Of a DNA stretch of 64,000 nt, positions 59,331 to 64,000 are shown piece after piece (positions within the stretch are counted from its first letter, which is position 1; every line of letters starts with the position of its first letter). Made by a program: the position numbers and the translations under genes. The stretch spans positions 1,586,567 to 1,650,566 of the forward strand of contig NMRA01000008.1 of assembly GCA_002633005.1 (NCBI GenBank), read 5' to 3'. Below the pieces are notes generated by a model. It saw nothing but the letters and a program-made list of their open reading frames with translations, was not told where the DNA came from and did no database searches. The DNA is from Phoronis australis. Taxonomy: Eukaryota > Animalia > Phoronida.

Positions 59331-61476
59331 CGAACACCCGTGATAAGGTCATAGTATGATTCTGCAGCGGGATCGATGTGTCTAGCGGAGTAGTTCTATA
59401 TGTCTGTAAAATAAAACTCTGGAAAGCACATCGTTCATTTTTTGACAGAACAACTGACTGTGACCAGGCGCTGGATAAACTCGGATTACACTATCGCTCA
59501 GAGGACCACGTTCTGAACAGGTAAGACTCACTGGTGCCGTCAGGCCAGCAACTCGGCAATGACGCTAACCTCGAGTGTTGCATGGAACTGAGTGGTTCGA
59601 ACTGACCACACCCCAGTTTTAAAGAAATGTTTTTGGCTATAGTCAGCACAAAGTCATGAGCGTGGCGACTTGGTAACGAAAAACAGGTAATGAGACTGAA
59701 CAGGCTATGGGGATATCGCAGGATTGCTGGCAAAATGTACAGCCACAGCTACACCAGTCTACAATTAGACAGCGGGGTCTGATCAGGCTTGCAGACAATA
59801 CCGGATAACTCATTAACCTAACGTAGCTTAATTAAGCTTATGGTCCCACAACTCGAGTGATGGCCGGGCCCCGCCTCGTTGCCACTCGAGCCTATCTTGT
59901 AAATCGTGGGCATGAAATCGTTAGTGTCGACTGCAAGTCAAAAATCACCGATTGTATGTGCATAGATTTTGCTTTAAGCTGTTGCTGACGATTTCACAAC
60001 TAAGCTGCGTCTTCTCAGTGTCAGATATAATTTTTGACCTGGTTACCTGCTGTTTGAAAATTCGCCTCGTCTTGTTTCTAACTCGCTGATTTTAGTGTTC
60101 AGAAAAAATGACTGATCTTTATTAATTCAGTCCAGGCCTGTTTAAATTGCTTGTCACGGCAGGTTAGTTTCAATAGCCTCGAGGCAGATACCCACCAAGA
60201 CAAGAAAGTGCTGAAATACGCCAGTGACGAAAGATGAGTTTTTTAACACCACAGCATGATTTCAGTTACAGTCGCTTTAAAAAGAAACGTTAAACTCTCG
60301 CGAGTTACTTGTTCTCTGTCAGTAGTTGAAAAGATGCAATGGTCACTGATAAAGAGAAGATTTCTTTGTTTATTGTTTCATTAAAAAAATTGTCTTGACC
60401 CGAAAAAATTAGTAGTGTCTCTATCAACTTCGCGAGTGAACAGAAAACTGTAATTGGTCTCGACTGGACTTAGAGTACGCTCACCCATTCACGTCACACG
60501 TCAGGTTTTCGATTTGTAATGATGTTTTCAACGTGCAAGTTTTTGAAAGGCAGTGTCAAGAAGTTATTAGTTAATTACTATAGCGTATCCACAAAGACTT
60601 TTACAAATGCGTTTTAAAAGTAGGTGAGCCGTGGCTTTGTACTAAGCGCACACCTAGGCAATTTTATTATATCAACGAACAATTGAATCGTTGGCCCTAA
60701 AATATATGACTCGCGCTGACACAATTTCCTCAAGTACGCCATCTGAGTGAGTGAGTTTTTCTAGCTATCGGCAGATATCTCTCGCATTGTTTAGTGGGAA
60801 GAGGAAGAGATCTACCAGGGAATAGAGAAACGGGAGTGCTTTGTTGCGGGATCCTACAAATGGAGTTCAAGTTAATAATTGATGGGACGTTTTTATGGTA
60901 AGCTGTTAAACACAAATTTTCAATAAGTAGCAATATCCAGATGGTCGTACACAATTGTTATAACTATCAACAGAGTAAAGTGATGATTGCACTGAGATTA
61001 CAAGCTAGAAGGTCTTCGAAATTGTCGACGGATTGTAGGCCGGGTCATTTGGTATATTAGAGTTTATTAGGTGTGGGTATGAACATGGTGGCGGGATCCC
61101 TATGTTTGTTGCTTTATCATCATTGATCTAGGGTTTTCGATTTCCTTGTAATGAAAAACCGAAATGCTTTGTTTTAGCAGTGCGATCAAATTCAGCTTTC
61201 TGACTATTGTTGTTTTGGCCACTAAACGAATGTGATAGGTATGGGTTCAAATATGGTGGCGAATGGTCTGATCAGATAGCAGAACAGTCGCTTAAATTAG
61301 CACAGAGGTGTCTTATTAGCCGTTCTGAGAGTAATTACCGTTGTGACGTGCAAACCGTTGACCTAACCCCAACATTCACCATGTGCGACTAGGTCCGTCC
61401 TGGACGAGGCAACTTGAAGGGCAAACAAAACCCAACGACAAATTACACATCATGCAGCCTTCTCACGATAGAAGAT

Positions 61477-61774
61477 CAGGGGCGGATCCAGGATTTTGAG
61501 TTAGAAGAGGCTAGGACACAAAAATAACCAAAATTTTGGCAGACGCGCGCGCCCAGCCTAACTGTAGGGATGTAGGGGTCTCGAATTTTCTGGGTTTGCG
61601 GACCGTTTGACTAAAAAAAAGGTAAAGGGGTTTTTTTCAGGGCCTATGCAATGTTTATTCACCCCCGAGGCCCCCTGAATGCGCGTACATGATAGTCAGC
61701 AATTCGCACCCGAACTGCCAAATGGTATCTGGTAGAATTTTAGGGGGGGCNCCCCCCCCCCTAAATCCGCCACT
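61477..61774. mobile_element. MITE with CAG(G/T)GGCGGAT termini (spans the N at 61751)
   Basis: caggggcggatccagg on the left and taaatccgccactg on the right. Confidence 0.5.
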
Positions 61775-62434
61775 GAAGATAGATCAGTCAGATTCATTAA
61801 AGGCAGAGGATAAGAAGGTAGACGAGCCGCCTCACGAGAGTTCACATGTAACCTTTTCAGCCGGCACATCAGAGTGCCATCAATTTTCTGATCAGACGGC
61901 ATGTGAACCCGGATACGAAATGTCTTAACTTTCCGAACCCGTAACAATCAACAGTTTTTATTTTATTCTTGTTTCCAACCTCTCTTAGACCTTAAAAGTT
62001 CCAAAACTACTAGAGATCTCGCAGTTTTGAAATTTCGCACAAATCATTCACCTGTACGTAATATTTGAAATATTATAATTTAACTTTCCAAGATGCCTAT
62101 TAGTACGACGACAGTTTATTTATAGTTTATGCATTTACCGGCAGAGGACCTCTCGGTATTTCACGTTATCGTGTCTGTAGACGTTTGTGTTATTTGTGTT
62201 AGTCTCTTCTAGCTCAGTCACGTAGCGAGTTTCCTTTTAATTGTCGCAAAGGTCATCTAACTTTGAAAATGTTTTTCTCCTACAGTTTTAAAATCATGCT
62301 ATTCAACATCGGACCACATGTGTAAGTTAAAATGGAACTTATCTTTGAGGTTATGGTGCACTTATTGGATCATTGGAGGCATTTGTTTTCTGGGCGCAAT
62401 AATTACTTTCATACTATGAAGCGGCAAAGGGTTT

Positions 62435-63049
62435 TTAAAACGAGTACCTTTCTGCGCGTAGAAAGTGTTTAATTTACTCGTACTTTTGCTTAATCTACGC
62501 GTACTTTTAGTTCTTAAACAATCATCGTTCTGCTCTTATCCTACACGCATTTTTGCTTATAAATCTACGCGTGGTTTTTCTTAATCACCGCGTACTTTTA
62601 ATCAGTCCATATAGTTCAGTCACGCTCTACTTTTACCGCTCGCGCCACAAGCGCGGGCAATGTTAAAAATGGCCAGTTGCCGATTTGGGCAACTGAACGA
62701 AGGACTGCTCAAAAAAAATTCGGGACTTTGTTCGAGTTGGAAAGAATTAAAGACAGCGACGGCCTCCTAGGGTGTCCCTCTGTGCGCAAAAGGTATTGAT
62801 AGCAACAACTAAGATGTTTTAATCACTGTGAGGCATAATGCGCTAAAAAAGCTTCTGGCTGGGCCCGGTCGAGATGGTGTCGCTGACTAAAGTACGCAAA
62901 GATTAAGAGCAGAACGATGATCGTTTAAGAACTAAAGGTACGCGTAGGTAAGCAACATTACTGCATAGATTAAGCAAAAGTACGCTCAGGTTAAGCAAAA
63001 GTACGTGTAGATTAAGCGAATTTCTACACGCAGAAAGGTGCTCATTTAA
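62435..63049. mobile_element. Foldback element with internally repetitive TIRs and TTAA flanks
   Basis: Left arm ttaaaacgagtacctttctgcgcgtagaaa with about 20-bp subrepeats (tacgcgtacttttgcttaatc); right arm holds the inverted subrepeats and ends tttctacacgcagaaaggtgctcatttaa. Confidence 0.75.
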
Positions 63050-63160
63050 AGGCGACACTAACCATTCCATCTGACTATAGAGGTCAAAGGTCAATGAGTG
63101 CACACGTAAATCTTGAGCAAGAGACTTTAAGCTTGGATATATGTAGGTACGCAAAATGGT

Positions 63161-63304
63161 GAATGTTGGCCAAAACCCTTTTGTCCACTGATGTCACAAG
63201 CATGATGGCGCCCCCAATGGAGGTTAGGAGACTTTGCACTGGTGGCCTGCCCTTATAGAGTCTGCGTGTGACGTCAGTGGACAAAAGGGTTTTGGCCAAC
63301 ATTC
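63161..63304. mobile_element. Small MITE/hairpin with 38-bp near-perfect TIR
   Basis: gaatgttggccaaaacccttttgtccactgatgtcaca ... tgtgacgtcagtggacaaaagggttttggccaacattc. Confidence 0.85.
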
Positions 63305-64000
63305 AACATTCTGCTAGTCAGTACATGTTTTGATCCCAAACTTTGACGTCATTTTGTTACTAAGCGCAATTGTCTACTCTTTCATCCAGCCTGTATTCTA
63401 TACTGTATCGACACCTATACGCCTCTGGTTCTCAGCACTATCTACAGTTTTCGTTTGACTTACTATTATGATTCATGATGTCCAGAGAGGTCAATCGGTG
63501 CAAAAGTTATCATCTTCTCAAGATGTTATTCCTTCTGCAGTTTCAAAGACTTACTTTTCAACTTCATTGCAACATGCCAATCACAGGTACAACCTCTTTC
63601 AGACATTTAATCAATCAATCAAGGTCAAAGGTCACTTAGAGCAAACATAAACTTTAAAATAAACATTTTAAATTTAAGTATACGCATTCGATACAATATT
63701 CGCCATTTTCGTACAACGTTATAATGTATATACAAATAGAGCTTGAGAAACGTTTTTGGCGCCAAATGGGACCTTCTTCTTTACTAACGGAATTTTAAGG
63801 AACTGGAAATGTTTTTCAATGGGCAAGCCTGAAACCTACAAGCGTATGCATTTAAGATCAAATTTCATTCCTCCACTGCGACTATTTACCATTAACTTCA
63901 CTACACGCAGTATTTGAACCATCAGTCGGCAATTTTTTAATTTTTAAACATATTTTAAAATTTCCTTGCCACTTGGAGGAAACTAGTCTGATCGGATCAT

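Overview
AT-rich, intron-dense genomic DNA from an invertebrate animal; the taxon cannot be fixed from this sequence. I reconstructed two convergent multi-exon genes by hand from GT-AG sites and reading-frame phase. (1) A + strand piRNA-pathway-type Tudor gene (CDS about 2282-25902, 26-27 coding exons, about 1440-1450 aa). Its order is N-terminal motif, RRM, RG repeat plus Y/P-rich low-complexity region, MYND zinc finger, SP-rich repeats, four extended Tudor domains and a C-terminal coiled coil, i.e. TDRD1/Vreteno-like. (2) A - strand HAUS8 (augmin subunit 8) gene from a stop at 28880 to a probable first exon at 52470, with an E2F+CHR promoter, a long N-terminal extension and a tandemly duplicated exon. 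The rest is repeat-rich: three copies of a tRNA-derived SINE, a decayed CR1/L2-type LINE with a SINE nested in it, several MITE families, two foldback elements, a Helentron/DINE-like end, Penelope-like hammerhead remnants and tandem repeats. I found no prokaryotic-type system and nothing I can claim as a wholly new system. The best leads are the Tudor protein's architecture and possible splicing control in both genes.
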